DNA of 44,080 nt from Polynucleobacter sp. Lineage in GTDB: Bacteria > Pseudomonadota > Gammaproteobacteria > Burkholderiales > Burkholderiaceae. The position numbers and the translations under genes were made by a program. Of this stretch, positions 1 through 9,780 are shown piece after piece (positions within the stretch are counted from its first letter, which is position 1; the number at the start of each line of letters is the position of its first letter). Location of the stretch: the NCBI GenBank assembly GCA_044236575.1, contig JBIIGG010000001.1, positions 1 through 44,080 of the forward strand, in the 5' to 3' direction. The notes under the pieces are model-generated. The model was given only the letters and a program-made list of their open reading frames with translations. It was not told where the DNA came from and did not search any database.

Positions 1-252
1 TTGATGGTCCCTGCGGTAGTACTGGGTATCGTGCTTTGGCTTCACTTTGGCATTGGCCGCGGCGCAGCTTGGATGCACCCCAAATTACTTTTTGTGCTGA
101 TCATTTTGGGATACCACCACTCGTGCTGCACCCTGCTCAAAAAATTTAGGGCAGGTACAAACAAGCGCAGCCACATTTGGTTTCGTTGGTTTAATGAAGT
201 GCCGGTGGTCTTGCTCGTCATCATCACTGCCATCGTCGTGATTAAGCCCTAA
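1..252 (+). CDS. hemJ: Protoporphyrinogen IX oxidase HemJ / CopD-family membrane protein, 3' part (starts before window)
   Basis: WMHPKL..V..LGYH and FRWFNEVP...IVVIKP C-terminal motifs typical of HemJ; hemL nearby. Confidence 0.85.
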   Translation: MMVPAVVLGIVLWLHFGIGRGAAWMHPKLLFVLIILGYHHSCCTLLKKFRAGTNKRSHIWFRWFNEVPVVLLVIITAIVVIKP

Positions 253-294
253 GCAAATCGCTACTCATCCCCATTATTTTTTTAGGTTTTTTTC

Positions 295-1800
295 ATGCGA
301 TTTTTTGTGGTGTGTCCCGGCGGACTGGAAACGGTCTTAGCGACTGAACTGCGGCAGATTGCCGAGCGCCCTGAAGTGAAGGCCCAAGGCGTCTGGGTGA
401 TTGACCCAACGCCAACTAGCCCAACGGGTGGTGTCGGTTTGGCTGGTCCTTTGTCGGCTGCGATGGCACTCAATTTACATTCACGGATTGCCAGCCGGGT
501 GCTCTTGCAAATGGCGGAATCCACCTATCGCCAAGAAGACGATTTATATCGTTTGGCCCATGGCCTAGCCTGGGAGGAGTGGTTTACGCACAAACAAACC
601 CTGCGGGTGGATGTGACTGCACATCGCTCGCCCCTGAAGAGTTTGAACTTTGCGACCTTAAAAATAAAGGACGCCATTGTGGATCGCTTGCGCGAAGTCT
701 CGGGCGATCGCCCCTCGATCGATACGGCCTTTCCGGATGTGCGTGTGCAGGCGCATTTAACTGCCACCCATGTATCGATCTATTTGGATACCTCGGGCGA
801 AGCGTTGTTTAAGCGCGGCTGGCGCGATGAAAAAGGCGATGCCCCTTTAAAAGAAAACCTGGCTGCCGGTATTCTGGCGATCACGGGTTGGCAGCCGAAG
901 CAGCCTTTGTTTGATCCGATGTGCGGTAGTGGCACCTTTCTAATCGAAGCAGCGCAGATCGCTATGGGTATTCCGTCGGGGGCGATTCGGGCGGGTTTGT
1001 ATGATGAGGCAAGCATAGAATCAACACCCACACGCTTGGCGTATCGCCCCTTGGTTACCTCGGTGCATGGCTTTGGCTTTTTACGTTTAAAGCCCTATAC
1101 CGTTGGCGCTGAACAGAAAAAATGGCAAGCCCTAAAGGATGCCGTCCTCGCAGAAATACTCGAGCGGCGTAAGGCTTTTCCCGATGGCCAGTCATTGGGT
1201 ATTAGCGGTAGTGACATTAATGAAAAACTGGTCTCGATGACCAAATCCAACTGGCAGCGCGCGCAGTTACCGGGTTTGCCAGTGGTACGCCAGGTCGATG
1301 CCTTGGCGGCCAAGCCGCCGGTGATTGCCAGCGATGCATCTGGCGAGTCTGACTTACCAGGATTGGCATTACTCAATCCCCCCTATGGACAACGTTTGGG
1401 TATTAAAGGTGGCCGCGGCGATGATCGCGATCAGGCTCAGGACCGCTATGACGATGAGGGTTATGACGCGGATGATATCGATCCGTACAGCCACAATATT
1501 GAGACCGGACGTCAGAGCGCCAAGCGTTCCAGCCGTGAGTCATTAAAGCGCCTGCAGGCCGAAGAAGAAATCGATCCTGCCTTTTTAGAGTTCATGAAGC
1601 AATTTGGCCAGCATCTGAAAGATGCCTTTGGTGGCTGGCATGTCTTTATTTTGACGGCCGATATGGCATTGCCAGGGCAGTTGCGGATCAAAGAGTCACG
1701 CCGTACCCCGCTCTTTAATGGCCCGCTTGAATGCCGTTTGTTCCGCTTTGAGATGCGCTCTAAAGCGGACCGTTTGGAGTCTACTGGTAAGCCGATTTAG
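295..1800 (+). CDS. THUMP-domain class I SAM-dependent RNA methyltransferase (RlmL-like)
   Basis: NLHSRIASRVL, LDTSGEALFKRGWR, APLKENLAAG, DPMCGSGTFLIEA, NPPYG, LFNGPLECRL motifs. Confidence 0.9.
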   Translation: MRFFVVCPGGLETVLATELRQIAERPEVKAQGVWVIDPTPTSPTGGVGLAGPLSAAMALNLHSRIASRVLLQMAESTYRQEDDLYRLAHGLAWEEWFTHKQTLRVDVTAHRSPLKSLNFATLKIKDAIVDRLREVSGDRPSIDTAFPDVRVQAHLTATHVSIYLDTSGEALFKRGWRDEKGDAPLKENLAAGILAITGWQPKQPLFDPMCGSGTFLIEAAQIAMGIPSGAIRAGLYDEASIESTPTRLAYRPLVTSVHGFGFLRLKPYTVGAEQKKWQALKDAVLAEILERRKAFPDGQSLGISGSDINEKLVSMTKSNWQRAQLPGLPVVRQVDALAAKPPVIASDASGESDLPGLALLNPPYGQRLGIKGGRGDDRDQAQDRYDDEGYDADDIDPYSHNIETGRQSAKRSSRESLKRLQAEEEIDPAFLEFMKQFGQHLKDAFGGWHVFILTADMALPGQLRIKESRRTPLFNGPLECRLFRFEMRSKADRLESTGKPI

Positions 1801-1858
1801 AATTAGAAATGATGATGTGACTATCGCTATACATAAGAAGATGGAAAGATAAAACGCC

Positions 1859-2029
1859 ATGGAATTCAAAACCTATATGTGCCTAATTTGCGGCTGGGTG
1901 TATGACGAGGCGGCTGGTTTGCCCGATGAAGGCATCGCACCAGGAACGCTCTGGAAAGATGTCCCCATCAATTGGACCTGTCCCGAGTGCGGCGCGCGCA
2001 AAGACGATTTTGAGATGATGGCAATTTAA
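1859..2029 (+). CDS. Rubredoxin (56 aa, not in ORF track)
   Basis: Hand translation MEFKTYMCLICGWVYDEAAGLPDEGIAPGTLWKDVPINWTCPECGARKDDFEMMAI*; two CxxCG iron-binding motifs. Confidence 0.97.
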   Translation: MEFKTYMCLICGWVYDEAAGLPDEGIAPGTLWKDVPINWTCPECGARKDDFEMMAI

Positions 2030-2077
2030 GTTCTAAAGCAAAAAAACACCTTAACTAATAAAACGAATGAGAATCAC

Positions 2078-3373
2078 ATGGGCTTAAACGAAACCATATT
2101 CGAGCGTGCACAAAAAACCATTCCGGGCGGCGTGAACTCCCCCGTTCGGGCGTTTCGTCAAGTGGGCGGCGCCCCACGCTTTATTAAGAAGGCACTCGGC
2201 CCGCACTTTTGGGATATTGAAGATAAGCGCTATGTGGATTTGATCATGTCCTGGGGCCCCATGATCGCTGGACATGCCAATCCAGAAGTAGTAGAGGCAG
2301 TGCAGCGAGCAGCGACCCTGAGTTTTAGTTATGGCGCCCCCACCGTCGGTGAAATCGAATTAGCCGAGCGTATTTGCGCCATCATGCCGAGCGTCGAGCA
2401 AATTCGGATGGTGTCGAGCGGAACCGAGGCGACGATGAGTGCCCTGCGTTTAGCGCGCGGCTATACCGGACGGGATTTGATCATTAAGTTTGAGGGTTGC
2501 TATCACGGCCATGCCGATAGCCTTTTGGTAAAGGCAGGTTCGGGCCTGCTTACTTTTGCTGATTCAACTCAAAATGCGCCCTCATCGGGCGGCGTTCCAC
2601 AGGATTTAGTCAAGCACACCTTAGTACTGCCTTACAACGATACGGCCGCGATTGAAGAAACCTTTAAATTGCGCGGCGATCAGATTGCAGCCGTGATCAT
2701 TGAGCCCATCGCTGGCAATATGAACCTCATTAAAGCCAAGCCCGAATTTTTAGCAGCGATTCGGAAGTTAACGCAGCACCACGGCAGTGTCTTGATTTAC
2801 GACGAAGTGATGACCGGATTTCGGGTGGCGCTGGGCGGAGCACAAAGCCTGCAAGGCATCACCCCAGACCTGACCTGCCTTGGCAAGGTGATGGGTGGCG
2901 GTATGCCGATGGCTGCCTTTGGTGGCAAAAAAGAGATCATGCAGAAGTTGGCACCGATCGGTAACGTTTATCAGGCGGGTACCTTGTCAGGCAATCCGGT
3001 TGCGGTTGCGGCCGGCATGAAGACCTTAGAGATCATCTCGCGGGATGGCTTCTTTGATTGCCTTGGCGGTCAAACCAGCAAGCTGATGGCCGGTTTACAG
3101 CAAGCGGCAAAGGAAGCAGGCATTCCGTTCTCAACCGATAGCGTGGGCGGTATGTTTGGTTTTTACTTCACCGATGAAGTCCCCACATCCTTTGATGCGG
3201 TAACCAAGAGCAATATCGATGCATTTAAGGTGTTCTTTCATGCGATGCTGGATGAGGGCGTCTACTTGGCGCCATCGGCCTATGAGGCCGGCTTTACCTC
3301 GATAGCGCATGACAATGCGGTACTGGATGAGATCATTACTGCATCCAAAAAAGCCTTTGTGCGCTTGAAGTAA
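2078..3373 (+). CDS. hemL: Glutamate-1-semialdehyde 2,1-aminomutase
   Basis: [66 protein letters not shown]. Confidence 0.98.
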   Translation: MGLNETIFERAQKTIPGGVNSPVRAFRQVGGAPRFIKKALGPHFWDIEDKRYVDLIMSWGPMIAGHANPEVVEAVQRAATLSFSYGAPTVGEIELAERICAIMPSVEQIRMVSSGTEATMSALRLARGYTGRDLIIKFEGCYHGHADSLLVKAGSGLLTFADSTQNAPSSGGVPQDLVKHTLVLPYNDTAAIEETFKLRGDQIAAVIIEPIAGNMNLIKAKPEFLAAIRKLTQHHGSVLIYDEVMTGFRVALGGAQSLQGITPDLTCLGKVMGGGMPMAAFGGKKEIMQKLAPIGNVYQAGTLSGNPVAVAAGMKTLEIISRDGFFDCLGGQTSKLMAGLQQAAKEAGIPFSTDSVGGMFGFYFTDEVPTSFDAVTKSNIDAFKVFFHAMLDEGVYLAPSAYEAGFTSIAHDNAVLDEIITASKKAFVRLK

Positions 3374-3560
3374 ATTGCTCGAAGTAAATCCCTTAGGTGA
3401 GTGGAGTAGCCTTGATCCCTCAATCTCCTATTTTTGTTCGTTAAAACGATCATTATCATATTAGTGAATGTTTTAAAGTACTTTATTGCTTAAATCGGAC
3501 TATTGATTTAGAATGCTTGTTAAATCAAGCAATATCTATTTAAAGATCGATTTAAAGTAC

Positions 3561-3902
3561 ATGAAAGTCAATCAAACCGCAGTTTTAAGTCCCATCCTAT
3601 TGGCTGATTCTGAGCAACTTGGGCGGCGCATCGCGCGCTTGCGCACAGCCCGACGCATGAAGCAATTTGAGGCAGCCCTGCGCGCGGGCTTATCCAGAAA
3701 CACAGCCTATCGGATTGAGCATGGCGACCCCGGTGTCGCCATGGGCCAAATTCTGCGCTACCTCGATGCGATTGCACCCGGCTGTAACCTGCAGCAGCTC
3801 TTAAACGAAAGCGACCCCGCCTTAATTAGCCAGCACTTGCGCGAGAGAACCCAGCGGGTACGCGGCATGACCGCTGCGGAGTTAAAAGAGTTGGAGTTTT
3901 AA
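3561..3902 (+). CDS. XRE-family HTH protein, HipB-like antitoxin (start ATG 3561 preferred over 3513)
   Basis: LGRRIARLRTARRMKQFEAALRAGLSRNTAYRIEHGDPGV HTH; ends 2 nt before a HipA kinase. Confidence 0.85.
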   Translation: MKVNQTAVLSPILLADSEQLGRRIARLRTARRMKQFEAALRAGLSRNTAYRIEHGDPGVAMGQILRYLDAIAPGCNLQQLLNESDPALISQHLRERTQRVRGMTAAELKELEF

Positions 3903-3904
3903 GG

Positions 3905-5251
3905 ATGTCACTTAAAAACGAAAAGCTAGTGGTGTTTGCTAACCTGGAGCACGAATGGGTACCGTGCGGCCAGTTAACGCTGGAAGAGCAAGGCCCTCAA
4001 TTAGTGGCATCGCAGTTTGCCTATGGAGTTAACTACTTGAAGCGCGCTAATGCACTCGAAGTAGATCCAGTTAGTCTATCGATTGCAAACCGCGCCGCAG
4101 TAAGCGGTCAACTATTACTACCTACCGCGTCACTACCTTTTTTTGGTGGCATCCGAGATTGCGCTCCGGATGCGTGGGGTAGGCGTGTAATCGAGGCGAA
4201 ACGAAAGGTGCCCCCCAATAGCTTGCCAGAATCAGATTATTTGCTGGACGCAGGCAGCGAGCGCATTGGAGCTCTGGACATTCGTCGCCAAATGACGGAC
4301 GCGCCAAGTGCTGGCGTGAGTGCAGTGCATGATCTTGCGTACCTGATGGAGGCTGCTGATCGTATTCAGGAGGGCTTAGCAATACCAGAGCGTCTTCAGG
4401 CCATCTTCTTGGTTGGATCTGGCTTGGGCGGTGCGCGACCAAAAGCGTCTATTCGCGATGCGGATGGTGTTTTGTGGATTGCTAAATTTAGTAATCCCAA
4501 TGATGCGTTTGATATCCCAGAAATCGAGTGCGCAACTTTATTGCTAGCGCAAAAAGCGGGCTTACACGTGCCGCCGGTTAAAACAATAATGCTGGGTGAT
4601 CGTCGCATTATGCTGATACGGCGCTTTGATCGCTATTGGGCAAGGGAGGGCGAGCAAAACACATCTGATTTTGATGTGTTCGATACGGTGGCGGGGTACC
4701 AAAAGTTAGAGCATCGCATGGGATTTGTGAGTGGGTTGACCTTGGCTGCTTGCGATGAGATGGATTCTAAAAATAAATCCTATGGTGATCTTGCAGCTGC
4801 AATACGCCGCTACTGTCACCCAAGCGTGATACGTAGTGATAGCGAAGAGCTCTTTAAGCGAATGGTTTTTAATATTTTGGTCAGTAATGACGATGACCAC
4901 CTGCGTAACCACGGTTTTGTATGGGATCCGTGTATTTTAGGATGGCGCCTTAGCCCTTTGTACGATGTTCTGCCACGCGCTTCGATTGCGTCAGAAAGAT
5001 TTTTGCATCTTGCGATTGGCAATCAAGGGCGTTTAGCTACGATTGATAATGTGCTTAGTGCTGCTGGATCGTTTATGCTGCCACAAAAAAAGGCCTGCGA
5101 ATGCATCAGCGAAGTCTGGCGAGTGATACGGCAGTGGAAAACTTACTTTGATGAATTTAAAGTTTCAGCAGTAGAAATCGAAAAGATTAGTCCTGCATTT
5201 AGGCACATCGATGCCGTATCTTCGTCTGCAGTACGGGCACTATTACCCTAA
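3905..5251 (+). CDS. HipA-family Ser/Thr kinase toxin
   Basis: PDAWGRRVI, LGGARPKA, WIAKF, RRFDR, NDDDHLRNHGF, LSPLYDV. Confidence 0.93.
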   Translation: MSLKNEKLVVFANLEHEWVPCGQLTLEEQGPQLVASQFAYGVNYLKRANALEVDPVSLSIANRAAVSGQLLLPTASLPFFGGIRDCAPDAWGRRVIEAKRKVPPNSLPESDYLLDAGSERIGALDIRRQMTDAPSAGVSAVHDLAYLMEAADRIQEGLAIPERLQAIFLVGSGLGGARPKASIRDADGVLWIAKFSNPNDAFDIPEIECATLLLAQKAGLHVPPVKTIMLGDRRIMLIRRFDRYWAREGEQNTSDFDVFDTVAGYQKLEHRMGFVSGLTLAACDEMDSKNKSYGDLAAAIRRYCHPSVIRSDSEELFKRMVFNILVSNDDDHLRNHGFVWDPCILGWRLSPLYDVLPRASIASERFLHLAIGNQGRLATIDNVLSAAGSFMLPQKKACECISEVWRVIRQWKTYFDEFKVSAVEIEKISPAFRHIDAVSSSAVRALLP

Positions 5252-5297
5252 GCAGCAAAATAGCGAAGACTGTTTTAGGCCAAAGCAAGAAGGTGCA

Positions 5298-6002
5298 TTA
5301 AAGCGGAATGCGCAGAAATGCGTTGATTCCATCTTCTTTAATGTCAATGCCATCATCTTGCAATGTATAGCTAAAGTACGCAGCATGACGTGGGCTGGAT
5401 AGCACTTTTGAATTTAGAATCGCAATCGTATCACCACGCAAATACTGTGCAGAGCGGGTGATTAGACCTGGATGACCCTCGTGATGAATGCGTGCTCCCA
5501 CTCCCTGACAATAACGATAGTCATCTCGATTCATTAAGTCCGGAAAAGCCAATACTTTTTCTTTGAGATTGATTAAAGCAGCATCGCAGCGAACCCAGTA
5601 CACTCGGCGCTCAGAAATGACGCCTGGTTTATTAAAGCCAGCATCACTTAAGAGGCCAGAGTACCAATGGTGAGCAGACTCATAAATGCTCGTTTCAATC
5701 GAGTCTGCGCCATACCAAACGCCATGAGACCCATCTGAAAAACGGCTTTTGCTCCAGTTGCTAAAAGGGTAGGCAATGGCGCTATCAACCAGTGCTCGCT
5801 CAAATGGCCTATCAATAATTGGCAAAAGCGAATCAAATCCCGGCAGCTTCATTTCGAGCTCGACTTGCTCCGCCATATGCCAATCGTTTTCAGAGCTACT
5901 CAAGTCATCAAATATATTTTGACTTGCAATGAATGAAACGATATTGCGCGCTAAGTCATCATGCAGATCGATTAGCGCCAAGCCGGTAAATAAACGATCC
6001 AT
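5298..6002 (-). CDS. RES-domain toxin (NAD+ phosphorylase / MbcT-ParT family)
   Basis: SRFSDGSHGVWYGADSIETSIYE and GLITRSA motifs; start overlaps the stop of the upstream Xre antitoxin. Confidence 0.88.
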   Translation of the reverse strand: MDRLFTGLALIDLHDDLARNIVSFIASQNIFDDLSSSENDWHMAEQVELEMKLPGFDSLLPIIDRPFERALVDSAIAYPFSNWSKSRFSDGSHGVWYGADSIETSIYESAHHWYSGLLSDAGFNKPGVISERRVYWVRCDAALINLKEKVLAFPDLMNRDDYRYCQGVGARIHHEGHPGLITRSAQYLRGDTIAILNSKVLSSPRHAAYFSYTLQDDGIDIKEDGINAFLRIPL

Positions 6003-6391
6003 CAGATACCTCTGTTGCGCTCAAGATAGGAGCGAATCATGAGTAAGCCGATGAAACCAAATTCCTTGACTAGCTCAACTGGAGTTTGATTCTCAAATGC
6101 CTTATTTTTAGTTTTCATCCAGCCGTACACATACTCTGGGTTGCGCGGAAAAAGTAGCCGAAGGTTTTTATGTATTCCGAGTAAGTGGCCCACTCGGTCA
6201 TATTGATCTTGACTGCCACCAATCGGCTCCCCTTGTCGGTAACGGCCTAAGGCTGCGCGATTGGATGGGGCAAGTCCAAGTAAAGCCAATTGATCTTCTG
6301 TGGGCAAATCCCAATGATCCAGCAGTTGCATCACCATTTTGGCTAATGCGCCACGGTCGATGGGACGGTCTTTTTTAGCATGGGCCAGCAT
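6002..6391 (-). CDS. Xre/MbcA/ParS-family antitoxin
   Basis: HTH-like N-terminus, C-terminal [18 protein letters not shown] typical of Xre/MbcA/ParS_C; upstream of RES gene. Confidence 0.88.
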   Translation of the reverse strand: MLAHAKKDRPIDRGALAKMVMQLLDHWDLPTEDQLALLGLAPSNRAALGRYRQGEPIGGSQDQYDRVGHLLGIHKNLRLLFPRNPEYVYGWMKTKNKAFENQTPVELVKEFGFIGLLMIRSYLERNRGI

Positions 6392-6401
6392 GAGTAGTCC
6401 T

Positions 6402-6450
6402 ATTAATTGTTTTATAAGTAACTTATTATGTTTTAATTATAACAATTAAT
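6402..6450. promoter_or_regulatory. Putative Xre-RES autoregulatory operator
   Basis: ATTAATTGTT (6402-6411) / AACAATTAAT (6441-6450) perfect inverted repeat plus inner ATAAGT-A-ACTTAT (6414-6426), just upstream of the antitoxin start. Confidence 0.55.
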
Positions 6451-6480
6451 TGACCAAAAAGAGGAATTTTTACCAAACCC

Positions 6481-7326
6481 CTACATCCGCAGCGGATGGT
6501 CGTAGCCTGCTACCTGCACGATGCGGTATTTGTTTGAACGACCCTTCGTAGCAGAGTCGGGAATTTCAATCGCAGTGAGTTTGCCGCCCCAGACACATCC
6601 GGTATCAAGGCCGCTGACATTCCGTTTCTGAATCAATCCCAATGTGGACCAGTGCCCAAAAATGACGTGGGTATTTGCGGTCTTGCGCTGCTTCACGTCG
6701 AACCAGGGCAGATAGCCTTTGGGCCCCGCCTCTAAGCCCTCTTTGCTCTCAAATTCCATTTGGCCTTTGGGCGTGCAAAAACGCAGGCGGGTTAGAACGT
6801 TCGTGATAACACGCAGACGATCATATCCTTTTAGCGAGTTACTCCATTTGGTTGGCGTATTGCCATACATCTCAGCCAAAAAACGTTTGTACGATGATTT
6901 GCGTAGCGCCTTTTCCACTTCATGCGCGTATTCCAGGGTTTGGCTTAAATCCCAATCGGGCAGCACACCTGCATGCACCAGCAAGGCATGGCCATTGCTC
7001 AGCGCCATCGGGCGGTGGCGCAGCCAATCGATCAGTTCTGCTCGGTCTTTAGCCTTTAAGATGCCATCAAGGGTATCAAGTGGGCGCGATCCCCGCAGCC
7101 CCGCATCGCGCGCCAAGAGATTGAGGTCATGGTTTCCAAGGATGCATTCAGCAATGCCTTGCTCTTGGAGTTTTTTGAGGCGCCGCAATGTCCCTAAAGA
7201 ATTAGGACCCCGATTGACGAGGTCACCTAAGCAAATGAGTTTTGATTTCTTGGGCAGTTTGGCAATGAGTGCATCCAGCTGCACTAAACAGCCTTGCACA
7301 TCGCCGATAGCGTAAACGGATGACAT
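6481..7326 (-). CDS. apaH: Symmetrical bis(5'-nucleosyl)-tetraphosphatase (start MSSVYAIGD at 7326 preferred)
   Basis: YAIGDVQGC, GDLVNRGP, LGNHDL, VHAG, FGHWSTLG, LDTGCVWGG. Confidence 0.96.
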   Translation of the reverse strand: MSSVYAIGDVQGCLVQLDALIAKLPKKSKLICLGDLVNRGPNSLGTLRRLKKLQEQGIAECILGNHDLNLLARDAGLRGSRPLDTLDGILKAKDRAELIDWLRHRPMALSNGHALLVHAGVLPDWDLSQTLEYAHEVEKALRKSSYKRFLAEMYGNTPTKWSNSLKGYDRLRVITNVLTRLRFCTPKGQMEFESKEGLEAGPKGYLPWFDVKQRKTANTHVIFGHWSTLGLIQKRNVSGLDTGCVWGGKLTAIEIPDSATKGRSNKYRIVQVAGYDHPLRM

Positions 7327-7388
7327 GGATGAAGTGTAGTGGATTGACGAAAAATGATCACATCCGTCTAAAAGTAAGACCATTACAC

Positions 7389-7404
7389 AAAAGTCGCGAC
7401 TTTT
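7389..7404. repeat. Perfect 16-bp palindrome AAAAGTCGCGACTTTT between phrB and apaH
   Basis: Read directly; half-site AAAAGTCGC recurs at 7421-7429. Confidence 0.8.
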
Positions 7405-7465
7405 ATCCAATGCGCTGCAAAAAAGTCGCAATAACAGTTGGATTAAGCCTTACAGGTCAACCCCT

Positions 7466-8974
7466 TTAGGCTGAGGCAACCTTCTTCACCACGCTGTACC
7501 GTACCAAGGTTTCTTTGCGGGCTTCGTCGTGGTTCACGATGGGTAGTGGGTAATCGCGGCCAAGCAAAATACCAGCGGCTTCTAATTCAATATGGCCTGC
7601 TTCCCATGGGGCGTGGATTGATTTATCCGAGAGCTTTTCTAAAGCCGGGATATAGCGACGAATGAATTTACCTTGCGGATCAAAGCGCTGCGATTGGGTG
7701 GTGGGATTAAAAATCCGAAAGTAAGGCTGGGCATCACAGCCAGAAGAAGAGGCCCACTGCCAGCCACCATTGTTCGACGAGAGCTCAAAATCATTGAGGT
7801 GCTTCGCAAAGTAGGCTTCGCCCAGTCGCCAATCAATACCCAGGTCTTTTGTTAAGAAACTCGCCACAATCATGCGTAGGCGATTGTGCATATAGCCGCT
7901 TTGATTGAGCTGGTGCATAGCAGCGTCGACCAGGGGATAGCCAGTCTTGCCATCGCACCAAGCCGCAAAGCGTTTCTTGGCAATGGCGCCACTCTCCCAA
8001 ACGATGTCATCGTAATCGGGCTTAAAGGTAGCACCGCTGGCGAGGCGAGGGTGATTTGCCAAAATCATGAAATAAAAGTCACGCCAAATCAGTTCGCTGA
8101 GCCAGATGGTGGCACCCATACTGCCACCGAGCATCCGCCGATGGGCTTCTCTTACCAAACCCCGAATCGAGAGCATGCCAAAGCGTAAGTGGGTGGATAA
8201 ATAACTCACACCCTTGATTGCCGGAAAATCCCGCCCAATTTGGTATTGATCGATGCGCTTCAAAAAATCTTCTAAAAAGGATTGACCACCATCAGACCCG
8301 GGTGGTAGATAGCTTTCAATACCGGTTGCACAAAAGCCCATCGACTCTAGTGATGGAATGCCTAAATCTAGTTTTTTTGGAATGGCGGCAAATTGCCCTG
8401 GCTTTGCCTTGCATGCATGCGGCGCAAGATCACCCTCATTGAGGCGTTTAAGCCAGGCATTTTTATAGGGCGTAAATACCGAAAATACTGTGCTTGAATT
8501 GGTGAGAACTTCCTTCTTTTCAAAGATCACTTGGTCTTTGAATGTCTCAAAGGAAATGCCTTGCTTTTCAAGGGAGGATGCAATCACGGCATCGCGCTCA
8601 ATTGCACTGGGCTCATAGTCGTGATTGACCATCACACAAGAAACCCCCAGCTCACTCGCAATTTTGGGAATGCATTCAGTTGGCTTGCCATATCGAACAA
8701 TGAGGCCGCCACCCTGTTTGCAAAGCGCTTCATCGATTTGACTTATCCCTTGCCAAATAAAGTCTACTCGGCGATCTGCTGTGAGGGCAGTACTTTTACT
8801 GTCCTTTAGGGGGTCTAAGATAGTCGTATCAAATACAAACATGACCCAAACCGATTTGCTGGATGCAAGCGCATGGCTTAGCGCAGCATGGTCATAAAGC
8901 CGTAAATCACGGCGCAGCCAAACGAGGCTAGCGGGATGAGAATGCGGAGAAGTTGGGGTATTCGATAGGGTCAT
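7466..8974 (-). CDS. phrB: Deoxyribodipyrimidine photolyase (class I)
   Basis: WLRRDLRLYDH, SYLSTHLRFG, ELIWRDFY, GKTGYPLVDAAM, GYMHNRLRM, NNGGWQW, QPYFRIFNP. Confidence 0.95.
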   Translation of the reverse strand: MTLSNTPTSPHSHPASLVWLRRDLRLYDHAALSHALASSKSVWVMFVFDTTILDPLKDSKSTALTADRRVDFIWQGISQIDEALCKQGGGLIVRYGKPTECIPKIASELGVSCVMVNHDYEPSAIERDAVIASSLEKQGISFETFKDQVIFEKKEVLTNSSTVFSVFTPYKNAWLKRLNEGDLAPHACKAKPGQFAAIPKKLDLGIPSLESMGFCATGIESYLPPGSDGGQSFLEDFLKRIDQYQIGRDFPAIKGVSYLSTHLRFGMLSIRGLVREAHRRMLGGSMGATIWLSELIWRDFYFMILANHPRLASGATFKPDYDDIVWESGAIAKKRFAAWCDGKTGYPLVDAAMHQLNQSGYMHNRLRMIVASFLTKDLGIDWRLGEAYFAKHLNDFELSSNNGGWQWASSSGCDAQPYFRIFNPTTQSQRFDPQGKFIRRYIPALEKLSDKSIHAPWEAGHIELEAAGILLGRDYPLPIVNHDEARKETLVRYSVVKKVASA

Positions 8975-9113
8975 AGCCGCTATCTTAGGGCTTAATTTGA
9001 ATTGGGGTGAAACTTAAGCAAAGTAGTAGTTTAAAAACCCTGAATATTGATCCTAAGCTTGTTAGAACATCCTGTAACTTTTGCACATACGGCACTCAAT
9101 CAATTAGCAGTAC

Positions 9114-9142
9114 TTTACAAAGCGTACGTTTTAACGTACCAT
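9114..9142 (+). promoter_or_regulatory. Sigma70-like promoter with overlapping palindromic operator for yefM-yoeB
   Basis: TTTACA-17 nt-TACCAT; GTACGTT-TT-AACGTAC palindrome at 9124-9139; AAGGAG SD before ATG 9162. Confidence 0.65.
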
Positions 9143-9161
9143 AATCGAAAGGAGTGATTTT

Positions 9162-9404
9162 ATGACTACTATCACCGCAAGTGAAGCCAGAGCCGGGCTT
9201 TATCGCTTAATTGACCAGACAGCAGAAACACATAAGCCCGTACTGATATCGGGTAAAAGGACAAATGCCGTTTTGGTTTCAGAAGAGGATTGGAGTGCAA
9301 TTCAGGAAACGCTATATCTATTAGCAATTCCGGGGATGCGTGAGTCGATTAAAGAGTCGATGGCTGAGCCATTAGCTAAAAGTAAAAGGGTATTGAAGTG
9401 GTGA
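9162..9404 (+). CDS. yefM: Phd/YefM-family antitoxin
   Basis: ITASEARAGLYRLID..HKPVLI..AVLVSEEDWSAIQETLYLL; overlaps toxin start. Confidence 0.92.
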   Translation: MTTITASEARAGLYRLIDQTAETHKPVLISGKRTNAVLVSEEDWSAIQETLYLLAIPGMRESIKESMAEPLAKSKRVLKW

Positions 9405-9664
9405 CATGGAATGTAGCCTATTCCAAATTCGCTCTCAAGGACGCTAAAAAAATTTCAGCAGCTGGGCTGCGAGAGAAAGCGCAGGCTTTATTAGAAATCT
9501 TAGAGAAAGATCCGTTTCAAAATCCGCGCCCATATGAAAAGTTGGTTGGTGATTTGAGGGGAACTTATTCTCGCCGAATTAATATTCAACACCGTTTAGT
9601 TTATGAGGTTTTTCGGAAAGAAAAAGCGGTGCGCATTCTAAGAATGTGGACGCATTATGAATAA
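9398..9664 (+). CDS. yoeB: Txe/YoeB-family mRNA interferase toxin
   Basis: PYEKLVGDLRGTYSRRINIQHRLVYEV and C-terminal WTHYE. Confidence 0.93.
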   Translation: MVTWNVAYSKFALKDAKKISAAGLREKAQALLEILEKDPFQNPRPYEKLVGDLRGTYSRRINIQHRLVYEVFRKEKAVRILRMWTHYE

Positions 9665-9780
9665 TGGACTCATCGTAGCGCTTATAGAAAAAGCCAGAAG
9701 CAGTCTTATCTAGAGCATGGCTTTCATTGTATTTCTCTTGTTTTTGAGTACTTTAACCCTGCGTGGAATCAATTATCAGA

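Noticed and set aside
6719-7315. 198-aa plus-strand ORF
   Set aside because: Antisense shadow of apaH with no motifs
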